Shown: piece after piece, positions 1 through 13,600 of the stretch | Position numbering within the stretch: position 1 is the first letter of the stretch | How the letters are laid out: every line of letters begins with the position of its first letter | Source of the DNA: Balanoglossus misakiensis | Lineage: Eukaryota; Animalia; Hemichordata | NCBI GenBank assembly: GCA_040954595.2 | Contig: CM082582.2 | Span: forward strand, 10,717,483 to 10,781,482 | DNA length: 64,000 nt | Reading direction: 5' to 3' | Notes under the pieces: model-generated | Database searches by the model: none | Told to the model about the DNA's origin: nothing | The model's input: only the letters and a program-made list of their open reading frames with translations | Translations under genes and position numbers: made by a program

Positions 1-1414
1 TTGAAGTGGTCGACGACAGTAAAACGATGGACGTCATAAAACTATACACTGAGAAAACACATGGGTTACAACCGGTGTTCGAACTGGTGTCATTATCTTT
101 AATAAAAAAAAGGCCTGACCCTAGGACAAGGTCATCAGTCTGAAGTGGTGTAACCTGCTTACGTGGGGTAACCATAGTTCGTCGAATATTTCAAGACGGT
201 GGTTTGTTTGTTCAGTGCCACGTGGAACAGACCCTCCAAGTGAAAATGTGGCTGTACTGACAATGTACACCGACACTTGGACACTCACTAAATTTGCTTT
301 TATTGCAAAAAGTTCAAAAGAGATGTCTTCACGATGTCTTAAAGAACCCAAACTGGGAAGGTAATTCGGGCTCTAGTGCCTGCGTGTACTTTGGAGCTGG
401 GTGGACAACAGTCCTGTGTCTCTTTTCCAGAACCTCGGACCTAACACGCCATCAGACCAACCGCTATGCCTATGAGACCACTTCAAACACACACTATCAA
501 AAAGTGATCAGTCAAAACACACACAAATAAGAGATTTGAAGTGTGCCACCTTCACATTTAAATATGGTGATAGGCATCCTATGATAGTGTGTCCATTTAA
601 CCTGCTAGTCGTAAAAGATTGTCAATAAAATTGCTGTTTCACTGATACAGGTTATTTGCTGGTGGTGTAAATATGCTCTCCTGTTAATGGTAACAACTGA
701 ATTTGGTTTTCATGGCTGACGTGCATACAGGAGCTTGTCTCACAATCGTGCCATGCCTGGTATCTTGTACACAGCTGGTGAACTGCCAATTTTGTCAAAA
801 TCTTGACAGCTGCATTAACAGCATTGTACAGTACTCAGTTCTGAGGGGCAAAGTGACAGAAGACAAATAATAGTTATCAAGATGGTGGCCCTTTTTGCTC
901 CAAATCGTAGGGTCGAGTCAACTGCGTATGTGGCAGACAGGATGGTGATGATAAAGACGTGATGCTTATACACTGCTGCATAGAACATCTATTAACTGTG
1001 CTGGTACTGCACTATTTAGACTGTGGTTTACTTGGTCACAACCACACTGCATAAATAGTTTTCTTTCCACATTCCAGACAACAGCACCACTCACTTCCCC
1101 CCCCCCCCCCCCCATGAATACATGCATCGACCACACAGCAAACATTACCCCCTTCATGTGGGACGATTGTCACCTGTGACCTATCAACATGGAAAACCAC
1201 AAAGTTTGAATAAAACACTATATAATACATTCTTTGTATTGCGACAAAATAGTCAAAACTGGATTGTGATAAGAGCCCTCCTGTCTCGCTCAAAAAACAT
1301 AGTGTCTCGTGTACTGAAATATCCGGTGTTTTTTTTCTCTCACAGACTCTCTGTGGGCACATTAATTTGAACATGTGCCGACTGGTTTACACTGCACCAC
1401 AATGACATCAATTG

Positions 1415-1507
1415 AACCCTTTCACCACCATGGTTCAGTCCAAACCCATTGTTTTCAATCATGAGGTTGGACCTCTACAGATCGAGGGTACTGGGGGTGA
1501 AAGGGTT
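1415..1507. mobile_element. Short non-autonomous MITE with 12-bp terminal inverted repeats
   Basis: AACCCTTTCACC at 1415 and its perfect reverse complement GGTGAAAGGGTT ending at 1507, with a TTAA-like junction. A degenerate copy of one end is at ~62021-62060. Confidence 0.55.
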
Positions 1508-4500
1508 AAAACTGACAGTACCAGGCTCTTGATGTATTACGGACTGTTGAGTACATGTAAACTTTTGACCCTTTGAACTCGATCGGCACACAAGAAACTG
1601 ACCATCACATGCACTCACAGAATTCAGAAGCTTACCAATATCTGTGCAAAAAACATCTTGCCTAATTTACTAATCAATCAATTTTCTTGGTCCCGAATAA
1701 TTTTAATTTGAAAAGTGACAAGCAAGTGCTGAAAAATTAGATATGACTTAGGGTGACCCAGATAGCATTTTCACATTCCCACGCTGTCTCTTTGAGTGTA
1801 TCTGAATGGAGAGAGTCAACAATGAAAAGTGTTTGCACTGCATGATATCTTGCCCGGCATAAAAGGTTGAAAAAACACAGAGGTCAAATGCCATCGCCAT
1901 CAGATACACAACCACCACCTTGATGAATAACCTTTGAATCAGACAGTGGTCAACGGTTACTCCTGTGGTATAAATCAATTTACGGTGGAAATGTTTCTGA
2001 AATGGTTGCAAAGTGATAAAACACAGAGTTAATTTTGACGTAAAAAAAAAAAACGTTATCACATTTTGTAAAATATTCAGGCACTACAATGCCGTAGACC
2101 AAATAAATGCTGGTACTAGGGACACCAAAATGGGGATACAAAATCAGGAAGCATGATGGGAGGGGAAAGGAGGTCAGAATTGTCATGGCACGTACGGGAA
2201 CGGGGTACGGGTATGCTCACAATACAAATAGTCTTCTCGTTTCTAACCATGACTGGGAATCATATCAGTCAGGAGGAAAACACCACAATCTGTGACTTCA
2301 GAACCAAAGTGGAATCAAAACATTAATAGAGACACTTCAGGCTATTACCCGGGCGGAAGTTGTAAATGCTAAATGTATCAGAGACAGGTCTTTTCTGTTA
2401 TTCGTAGACACCAGCTGTTGGCTGCCTCAACTATTGGTGACCTTTAATCAGTCATTGTAATGCTTTGAAAAAGCTTTTAAAACACTTGAAGTATATATTT
2501 AAACACCCAAACACTAGAGACATTATTTTCGTTTCAAGACGCCAAAAATGGCCACATTCTGCTCAATTTTGATTGTCAAAGAATTATGCAGCTGAACATG
2601 AATATGAAAATCATAGGATAATAAATTTATTCCTATATTTGAACTTTGCCCTCCTCACTCACGAAGTTCTAATAGTTAGCAACAGAGCATTATGATGCTT
2701 GGGGTTACAAGCAGTCATTCCAAAAGATCTAAATCAGATTTCTAAGCATTTGTCAACAATAAAAGTGATATGAGACAATACTAGCTTGCCCACTTGAGAT
2801 TTTTAAGGATTGTCGCATGATATCCAATAACAATTCACAAATTCAATACTTTGGGTGTACTGACTTCATAAAAAAATAATTTTGTCAGTCTTTTTGAGAG
2901 AAAAAACCATGATGCTTTTGGCAGGTGAATTTTTATTTGTTACAGAACAACAAAAGAATCTCAAAATAGGATAATCTAAGTCTCTCCGTTTACTGTGTTA
3001 TGCGATTAAAGTTACATCACATTACACACCTCTACTTAATGTTTATTGACAATGTGTATCTCTTCTTAAAAGAGGCTGATATACCCAGAGAAGATTACAT
3101 AATTTGGATGATTTTCACTGAATATTTTGCACTGTCAGCAATGCCAGTATATTATGGAAGTTTGAAAATGCACATAAATGAGACAATATACGGTAATTTT
3201 GAGAGTTTACGGTTTTCCTCTTAGTTCCCTTCTTTCTTGAGTGAGAGGTCACTCGGTATATTAATGATTTTTATAAATTCATTCAGTTCCAACTTTCAAC
3301 GGTATACTACTTTGATCAATGAAAACTACTGTACAGGAAAAAGAAGCAGTATCTGTGGGCGGCAAATTTAGAAACACAGGAAGCACAAATTTATAGAATT
3401 CAATGTTAAATATTGTTCCCATGGTGATTTCATCATCACCCTAGCAACGGGGGAGGGTGTCTTTTCCGCTTCTGAATGTGAAAATGCACGCATCTGGATT
3501 GTAACAAAGGAAAGAGACACTTTTCCTAATGCTAGTATTTAAGCAAATTTAATGCCAGGATAATTACCCAGCCATAAATCAAATTGAAAATCTAGTGTAT
3601 ATCTCAAGATGGCAAATATTTCCGATGCTTAGAAAATTCCAGCAAATCAAGGACTTGTCGTATAAATGTGCGATGATCAGTAATGGATTCTCAGAAAATC
3701 TGTTCCCCCAAAGTGCATACTACCTCAGTTGCACCTATTTTTGCCAGAAAGGAAATTTTATTTTAACATCTGTCTTTATTTTGGGCCATCATATTCGATG
3801 TTAAATACCATCGCTAACAGTCACCCTGGATTGGGCTTGTGTGTTACCAGCAACATTTCTGCGTCTGGAGTGGTATTCATACAAGCAGCTATCAGCGCAA
3901 GACCAGAGGATCCAAAAATTTCCAGTCCCCTCAAAAAAATCCCAACAACTGACAAACCATAAATTTCCAAGAAATATGGAAACCACCTCTTAGAATTTAG
4001 TTTCTGTAAAGAGTCTCCGATAACTTCCTGTCCTGCAAGGAATGACGCAGATGAGCAGGTGTTGGTAGATCCTTGAGACAAATCACATCTCCATCCGACC
4101 GATCATCCGAAAGAATCCACCGGGAAAACTATGCCGCCGTGTGTTAAATATTTCAAACTATCATAAAGATTGCATCAGCCACAGGAAATGTTTTCGACCA
4201 GTCAGTTGACACAATGGGCTTTCCAGCGATATGTCTGAATGAAATGAACAACTTCCTCACATGTCACCAGCCGGTCAACGCTGGGTTTTTCATTTTTGCT
4301 CAACGTGCGCTAACGATTGACACCTAACACATATACTGCAATCAGTCAGGTAACTGAGCTATTAAAACACTACATACTGTGTCGCCACCAGGGTTAAAAA
4401 TATCAAGGTTGAACGTGCGTAAAGCGTGCTGTTCAGTCAGACTTCAGTTCTAAGTCATAATTAATGCATGACAACTGCATATATTGCGCCCACAGATGCC

Positions 4501-4618
4501 AAAGTGAATGTTTGTTAGGATGCTTCACGTGGGACTGCAGAAAGGTGTACAAGGTGAAAAGACAAAATACAAGCTTCATGATTTCTTTCCCCCAAGAAGC
4601 TAGAACATGCCAACTTAC

Positions 4619-7600
4619 CACGGCAACGGCCTTGCTGACGATCATCTCAGCTGGCGAAAGCACGGAAAAGTATGCGACATTCGCTAAAACGTAGATCAGG
4701 GTTACCAAGGATACAGATATAATAATAGCACGGGGAAGGTTCCTACAGAGAAAATATGAAGAAGAAATTGCTGTTTTAGTGCTTTCTTTCCGTTTTTCAC
4801 ATGAACACATCAACTACAAGAAGCAAACAGCAACATTAACAGCAAACTGACAGTTTTAACTTTTTCAGGCTGTACGTCAGGCTGTAGTCAGAATGGCCAG
4901 TCCTCTGAGGGGGCTTTATGTCGCTCCATCCGCACACAGATCTGGGAGCTGCACGTACAGGTGAAAATCATTAATTTCAATGTGGAATTAAACTCACTTG
5001 GCAGGATCCTGGAGTTCCTCTGTTACAAAGTTCAGGTAATTCCTGAAAGACAAAGACAAATGATTGGTAACTGGTCATCTCAAGAATTAAATTGGTTGAA
5101 GTATGCTTGCATAATACTAGTAATTCCAGACAAGAGAAAATCCTAACAAAATGGCTGCCAGCAGGCGGCCATATTGGATCCCATCATGACACGAACTGAC
5201 ATGTATAAAACACATCACAGTTCATTGCCCTTGCAACAATTTGGATGGAATTTGCTCAGGCATGTGATGTGGCTCTGGACATAAAAATGTTAACCGGTAG
5301 TCATTTCAAATTGAATTGTTCGATGATAACAATGCATGTTACGTAACATACTGATATTGTAGATTATACATCTATTACTGCATGTGTCAACAGGTTTAGA
5401 CAAGACAACAAGGCTATGCATTTTTTGAAGAAAATACAAGGTGATTGCAGATGTTCAAGGTGCTATCACTCCACTGTTTCTGGAGGGTTTAGATTTATTC
5501 AGAAATTAATATCAAACTTAAGTCCAGAACAAGAAATTTTGGATTTTACAATGATCTGTTTTCAGCCTGGAAAAGGTGTTGACGACAGAGACAGAAACAA
5601 TTCATTTTAGCGTGAAATGGGGAAGTGATCGTTCAACTTCAAAGAAATGTTTCATGAAACTGTCGCTGTACTGAACAGAACTAGTGGCCCAAATGAGTTC
5701 TAAAGGTTGATGGTGAGATTAGGTCACAGACACACAACAAACATTTTGTGTATTTCAATAACAGAGACAAAAGAGGTTTAGTTGAGATATGGTCGTCATA
5801 ACAGGTAAGCATAGACAGCAGCTGATGAAGGAGTTTTGAGTGCAACGAAATTCATTATCTGAAAATTGACTGATTTCTCCTATCTGAGTCTGGCATTGTG
5901 TATTATCTAATCAGATACCACGCTTTGAAGTTCTGCAAACATTACTGAAGATAGAATTAACCGAATCCCACCACGATAAATTATCTCTTTGCAGCCCTTG
6001 TCAGGCACTTATCTCATTGGCTGTGAGGCATCACATGACCAGGCTGGGGTCACTTACCATCCTCCATAGGCAAATAGGCCCACATAGAAAGCCAGGACAA
6101 CTTGACCGACGTCACTTTGAGAGTTGGCGAATCCATTGTCGAAATTATTAGTTTTGCCTGCAATTAAAAACAGCACAATAAACAATTAATCAACAATTGT
6201 GCTGACAGGTCTGTCTTTGTCATATTTGTGCTAAATTCAGAAGTTGTCTCGAGATCTACATGATTATTGCTGAGCATTGTGTTGTTGAAAATAGATTCAT
6301 CTAGTGACGTGTTAAGGAATCATGACAAGAGAATCACATGAAGAAAATGCCACCATTTCATCATACAAAATACCTGTTCAGAAATTGTGTAGAAACATGT
6401 ACAAACATCCCAAAATAAACTGCAGAATACAAAGTACAGCAAATATTGCTCATATGCTCAGACAAGTTGCATTAGCTCATAAAACCACCTTGACAAAAAA
6501 GAACAAGCTTTGATATGCTGAGACAACCTAGGTTTAATGTTACCGGTATGCGACAGCAATCAGTGACATACATATAAAAGAGCAGGCCCATGTTTCTGTT
6601 CCACATTTACCACTACAAAAATATCAATAACACCTGTTGCCACAATGAAGCCAGTGTTTCATTGTTGTATCGAACTGACCCAAGACAGATTAACTCATAA
6701 CGGTGAACAAACCGCATTTTGACTCAGACGCAGCTATTCTGGTTGGAAATCAATCATTATTGTCTTCAGTTGGAAACATATAGACAGTGGAACCACTGAC
6801 TATGATTAGAACAAAGCAGATTAATTATGTAGCTTCACTGTTCTTTCCTAGCACCAAATTTAACCACAGCCTTGCCAAAAAATGCGCAGCTGTCTATTTT
6901 GAGCCGCCGGTTGTGCCGTGTCACTTTGCATGACAAGTCATGTTTCATGTACAAGTGCATCTGGAGGTCCTTGAACTCTCCCGGGCCCCTAGAAGAGTGA
7001 CAATTCTGAAAGCATGACAATGGGTATTAAACATGTGATCTGGCGGCACATTAGGAACCCATTGTATTTAAATCGCCCCCCCCCCTCCGTTTGCAAGCCA
7101 GGAAAAGTGAATGAACTTTACACGACCTTGGTTTTCATCGGCGTCCAGGATCCAGCAAGGGAGATCCGCCCCTATTTGACACACTTACATGTTGTTTTAT
7201 CCGAGTGAGACGTGATCGGGTTTTCCTTGCGGTGACCTAGTCAGCGGTCATCACATGAGCGGGCAGTTATTTTAAAAGTGGCCTGTCTACTTGATAGAAA
7301 ATACCCCCAGTTCTTGAGTACAGGCACACTGCTTGTGAAGTAGCCTACATCTGATATGGTAGATATCTTGGCAACCCCGTAATCGTACTGTCTTATAGTT
7401 CAGCTTTTAGTGTCAGTGATCTCTAACTAGTCCCTGGTATAATGTGCTGCTCACTGGTGCAGCACAAAGACACAGTCATCGCTAAAAAACCCAACAAGTC
7501 TTGAATTGTTTCAGGTATATTTGTCTATAAATTGCCATAATGATTGAGTCAGCAAAAAAACAACCCTAAACCTTATATCTCTGCATCAGTATTTTTTAAA

Positions 7601-10600
7601 TCCCTGGGAGTCATAAACTTAAAGAGGTATAATATTAAAACACTCTGTTTTATTTGCTGATAGGGCTTGGGACACAAATTTGTTGGCTTGTCACGTCAAT
7701 AAAATCAACAATTCTTGATTTTTTTGGTGATTTACCAAAACCATTGAGTCAGTCTGTCACAATCCCTTCATGCATATGGAATGATATAAAGCACTTGTAC
7801 ATGAAGTCAGTCAAAAGAAGAGGCCCACATCAATTTATCAAATGGTACATAGGCATTCTGACCCTTAATGCATACCACCAACAAGAGCCTCCTAAAGGTC
7901 GATCTAGTGCATGTTAAAAGACTCTCTCAACACAGATCTGTCGCAAATTACACATTGTAAATATTTTTTCAGAGCTTAGTGGCCGTGACAGATAAATCAG
8001 TGCCGACAAGTTTAAAGGGGCGATTGAAATTCCTCGAGTCTAGAAATAGGGCAGGTTGGACAGGTAGACAGATGTTATTGACAGCTATGCTGAATGCATT
8101 CATGATATTAATCCTGAGCCAAGTCAGTGTGCTACATTTTGGTTGATAGCCGAGTCCCAAGATCCAAGAACCAAAGAATTTCTGATAACCTATCAGCCAA
8201 TTTACATAACACTACAAGTATTCTCCACATAGCAATTAAAAAACATTGACCCCTCCCCTTTAATTTTAGGGAAATTAATTCTCATCCTGACAAATGATGT
8301 TTATGCAAATGAGCTATTGAAAACAAACATGTTTAATTCACAGGGGGAAAAATAAAAAATATGAAACCTTGCAGTATGAAATACATGTATGCAAACTGTA
8401 TCATATCAAATCTTGGATCTCCGCCAAGCTTTTCATACTGACCGGTCTTCAGAGCAGTGGTGGCCTTGATGAGGCAGTGGTCAGTCTAATGACTGATACT
8501 GGGTTAGATGAAGTGATTCCACCTTTTTAATACCTATCCGCAAACAAACAACATTATTCCTGAAGCACTCTTCAAGATCTTTTATGATCAATAAAAAAAA
8601 GTAACAGAGCAAAGTTCAGGAGTTGGTTCAATCTGATTTGGGAATATTTCTCTAATTTGCAGTTATCGCGTTATATTTCTTCCAGCAATGCATAATGACA
8701 AAAATTCTTCATCTCTGTACTATTATTTGGTCTTTTGTTTTCTTTGCTTTTCAAGAGGCACAGCAAGATCCAGCTTGCTGAAATCATAAAATTAATCTTT
8801 TCCGTTTTATTCATATTGTAATTCACAACAAACAAATAGTCTTCCACAACAATCTGATTTATACAAAACCTACCACAAAAGAAATCTTTATTCTGTAAAT
8901 TTGGGCCGGAAGAGGGTTTCCCACAGTATATCAATGATGAATTCCAATTAGCTTTAGTGTGGAGACATGTCTTTTTTTTATTCTTTGTGAGTCCAATTGA
9001 AGGATATTGTTAAACAAAGATTACGTAAGAGACGAGACAATGCTCACTGGATCCATTGTATCAAAAGCAAATATGTGGACCATCCAAGCACAGAAATCGA
9101 TAAACGTCTTTTGGAATCATGATGTCCAAATGAAAGATTCATTACATCACTAAATTTTGCCATATTCAGAACATTTGAATGCGGTAGTATAATTAATGTC
9201 TGTCCCCCCCCCCCCCCCCTCTATTTTTTCTCAGCATTCAAATTCATCCTGTCAAACTGCCCTTTATTATAAAGTACTGCCAGTAGTGGGTCTAATCTAT
9301 TATTTTTAAATACAACCCAAGTTGATTTTAATATTTTCCGAAATGGCCCTATCTGGAAATGCCACTTTCTGGAAATCTCACTTTTCATGAGTCTTCGTAC
9401 ATTATGCAAATTAACATGAGCTCATAACATTCAGAGGTCGCTGCCCTCTACAAGGATTTAGACTAAGCAAAGACGGTTTTGTCGTGACACTTGTGATTTA
9501 TTATAACTGAAGATGACAGAATGGTGGTGCATTTGTTAAAATTCTGTATCCCGTAGGAATGCCTCTTCAAAGCCTTCGAATTCCTGTCTTGGGACGAGGG
9601 GACCGACTATGACGTAATGCACATATTTGTAAGGATCAAGCCAATGAGTCTGGACAGCCGACACAATACCCACGGGAGCTGAGTGGCATGTCACTTCGGC
9701 ATTCGTCACACTTTGTATGCAAAGAGGAAACCCCACTTGAAATTTAGGTTGATCTCCATTGATAAGCGTATTTCTAAAATCAATCTTATGACTGATACCG
9801 AACTCACCCATCATGCAATTGCTGGAATGTTATGGCTATGACTTCATGCATAACACGTACAGAAAAACTAACAAAGATCACACGGTAGAATACCTTCCTA
9901 CACAGACACTAGAAAGTTTCAAGCATGGCTAAACCATTCTGCCATAACATCTTACTGGGCAGTTTTTAAATCCATTCAGTCGTAATTCTGTAATCTCCAC
10001 CGGAAATCTTACAATATCCAGAGACTTTAATACATTGAAATCGACATGGAAACCGACCCACGTATCAACCAAGAAGTGCGCTTTAAAATACATGAAATAT
10101 GCGAACCATTTACTTCAAAACTAAAGCAACAACCACAGGGAGAAAGGTCCTTTACAAAACAAGAAAGATCAACGCCATCTCTTCTTTTATAAGATACTGG
10201 TTTTTACTGAGGATCCGCGAAAAACGTGTATTTCAAGGAGACCGCATTTGAAGATTAGGCGACTACTGGTACCCCCGGATATAGGAACCTACTTTTCTGT
10301 ATCGCGCACCATAAGCAGTGGTTTATTTCGTGTTATCTCGTACTATCGATATTCCGTTTTGGAGCAATTTCCCGCTTCCCTACCAGGTTGACAAAATTTG
10401 AAGCAACGGTCGAGAATATTTCCTGCGATTGTTAGCAGAATGCAAATTCTGATTGATGTCGAAAGAGAATATTGATCAGTTGAAAAATGAAATGGAGACT
10501 AAGGGAACATTTGCCTCTCCACTACACCACATCACACGCCGTAACCCGTCTTTTTTACTTTTTTTCATGCTATTAATTTACAATTCTAAGAAGAATATAT

Positions 10601-13600
10601 CCATTCATCCATTTCTTAAAGCGCGGGATCACGTCGTACGGTTGACCGGATAACCTACAGAATTTCCAAGGACTATATTTATCACTGTCACTGACACTTG
10701 CTTCGCATACAGAAAACGGTCGATCGGTCCCGTAAGGTCGGCTGCAGTCAAGACAACTAAATGTGTGAGACTCACGCACACTTTAAAAGCTTCAACTCAT
10801 CTATTAAAAACAAATTTCGGTTCTATATAGTAAAATTACTCCCCGCGTTCATGCACGACGATATATATACACATGATAATATCCCCATTAGACGAAATGG
10901 CTGTCACGTGACCACATGTTCTCAGTGATGTGTATCCACGCATTGTACTCACTACAAGTTTAATTTAAACACCATAATAAGGGCGTTCGCACACCACAAT
11001 ATTCCAACGTTGTATCCGATTTAAAACCCCATAGCCTTGAAGGTCATTACCACGACTAAATGTGCATTACCATTTCTATGAGCATCTGCGCAACTCAATG
11101 GTCGTCCGATGACCTGAAGCCGTTGCCATGGCGTCATTACCTCGACCACGGCGCTACTGAAAATGCAGTGCCTTCTCTTCAACTGGGTCTCTGATCAAAC
11201 AGTTATCACAAACTGCAGCGCCATAAACCACTTGCTCCTCTTATCAAAATTTGCAGGATGATGAATTGCGTGCGTGGCATCATGGCGCGTAAATGAAGCC
11301 CTGGTCTGGATAAAGTCTAACTCTTACCTGTGCCGATCTGTACAAGGCCGGTTATGATGATAAGGAGGAGCGCTAGAACTTTAGCGATTGTGAAGACATC
11401 TTGGACTCTGGTGGACCACTTCACGCTCACACAGTTCACATAGGTCAAGATCACTGTCGAGAGAACAAAAAGAGAATGGTCAGAAATATGAATATTAGAA
11501 CGAACTTTATATCTGAATGTTTTACAATGTTATATGAAAAGGGACGAATCGAGTTGCAGATCGGGCGACAGGTTCCAATGGTTTCCCCCTCCATCCCTCA
11601 CCCCCCCCTTCTCTCCTTCCTCACCACCTGCCCCTCCGCTATGTAAACATAAACGACACACGTGGTAGTTCTAAATCCAGATGGTTTAGTAACCGCGAAA
11701 GTCAAACATACAGAACTTTTTGATGATAACACTTTTCACTGCGTACCGTACTTCACACGATTTCCATCAAACAAGGACAAAATAATATTCTTCGCAGAAA
11801 TCTAAACTCAAACATATTTTTATCAGTCGCCAAAGAAAAAAACTGTCATTGGTCACGAGATAGGGTCAGGGAAGAACCTCGCGTGATTCTAGCTGTCCCT
11901 GAAATGTAACCTCGGCCAGTACAGCAAATATTTGAAACAGCGGCTATCGATGTAGATACACGTTTTCCATATATCAAAAAACATGACATATACATTGTTA
12001 ACGTATTATCAAGTAGCTTGCGTCGGCTTGCCTCTACAATATAGTTCTCACAAACGTGATACACGTGTCAGGCAAGAGATACAGGTACATGAGAGAGAGA
12101 GAGAGAGAGGAGGGGGGAGCGGGGGGGGGGGGGGTTGACGTTTATCGCCTCAATGAACCATGGTCGCCAAGGAGAAACAGTGCGTGGGATGAGAGAATGT
12201 TTGCTACGGGAAGTATTGCATCGAAAGTGCATCGGAAGTTCGTTATTCCAATTAACAACCAATCACGGAAATAAAGAGTATATCGTACAACTGATCCTGC
12301 AAGATTTTCTAGATTTTCCCTCCCCCGTATTTATAGCCCCCCCCCCCCAACTAGTCGATAAAACTCCGGTCCATCCGCAACTTAGAATTTATACCAGTAT
12401 AATGCTTGACCTTATTATTCATAGTCAGTCATAAGGAGAGTTACGGAATCAAAAAGCCTCAACGGTGTCCATGGTAACCCGTAACTGGGGCAATATTGTT
12501 CACTTCCGCCCGATGACGTCACGCTTTTTACCAACGCACGTCACAAGAAGTTGAATGCTGAAAAAACTGAATCAAGTCGACGGGCGCTTTTTCATTCAAT
12601 GGGTGACTAAATTCGACGGAACCAACTTTTGAAAGTGTACTATGGTGATTGGCGAGAACGTAGTTGTTGCCCGAGTACATGTATCAAGTATTACCCGCGT
12701 CTCTGCTTTCAAGTCTCGAATAAAGTGACGTACTGAGGTATTGTATTGCTACACAAAACAACCCTCACCGAGACACCTGTTGAATCACGAAAACTGCCTC
12801 TCATCGCTGCCCTTTTCGTTGCTTGACACGCACGGCATATTATTAGACAAATAATAGGCAGCTAACTTGTCGGAACGCGTTCATGGATCACGAGTGAAAA
12901 GTTTGCGATTAAATGATTGAACAAACAATTTTCTTTATGAACAATTATTGTAGACTTTAGTATTCTACGCATGACCACCTGTTCTTTTCAATTGATAGGT
13001 TTCATGTGCTGGGCGAGGACAGACTGGCTATTGCAATCTAATATTTTCTATAAATATAATAAATAATTAAACGGCCTATCGAGTGACGGTATTTGGGAGT
13101 TATTATAATTTTGAATATATTTTCATGATTGCATCATCACCATTTCAAATTTTCTTCAACAGGAAGTTAGACGAATTTGCAGAATATCAATATTGATGTC
13201 CACTTAGCAAGCCTCCGCACGAGACGGGTGTGGCCGACCTTTTATGTCACACTAAATTAAAGCACGGTTACTCTTAAGCTTAAAAGCTACGCTCGGCATT
13301 TAGAAATTGAAACACCGGTCCAGCGCATATTGGCAAAGGCCTTCAGAGAACAGCTTTCTGTGACGTGCGGATGGTGAACGTAATTCTGTTACCATAGTAA
13401 CTGGTGTCGACAAAGAAGTGGTTAGCAGGCAACGCGGTGCGTGTTATCTGTGTTTAATAAAAGGGAAATTCGTTAACATCTGATCTTAGAAGATGAAATG
13501 TCAAAAATATTCACCCATATTCCAAACTCTAAGTCTTGCGACTGTGGTTCACCAGGCAACGTGACGTAATAGGAATGTGGTTACTACGTCATTGGTGCGC

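Noticed and set aside
5822-5852. CTGATGA...CGAAA resembling a hammerhead ribozyme core
   Set aside because: The intervening sequence does not form a convincing stem II, and no stem III or cleavage triplet pairs up. At best a decayed Penelope-associated remnant.
7600-9420. Stretches that look like interspersed DNA-transposon or MITE remnants
   Set aside because: No clear TIR/TSD pair or second copy could be established by eye; needs a repeat library.
9536-9814. 92-aa protein-like ORF in SLC7 intron 2
   Set aside because: No recognisable motif, and the flanking SLC7 exons already splice in phase without it.
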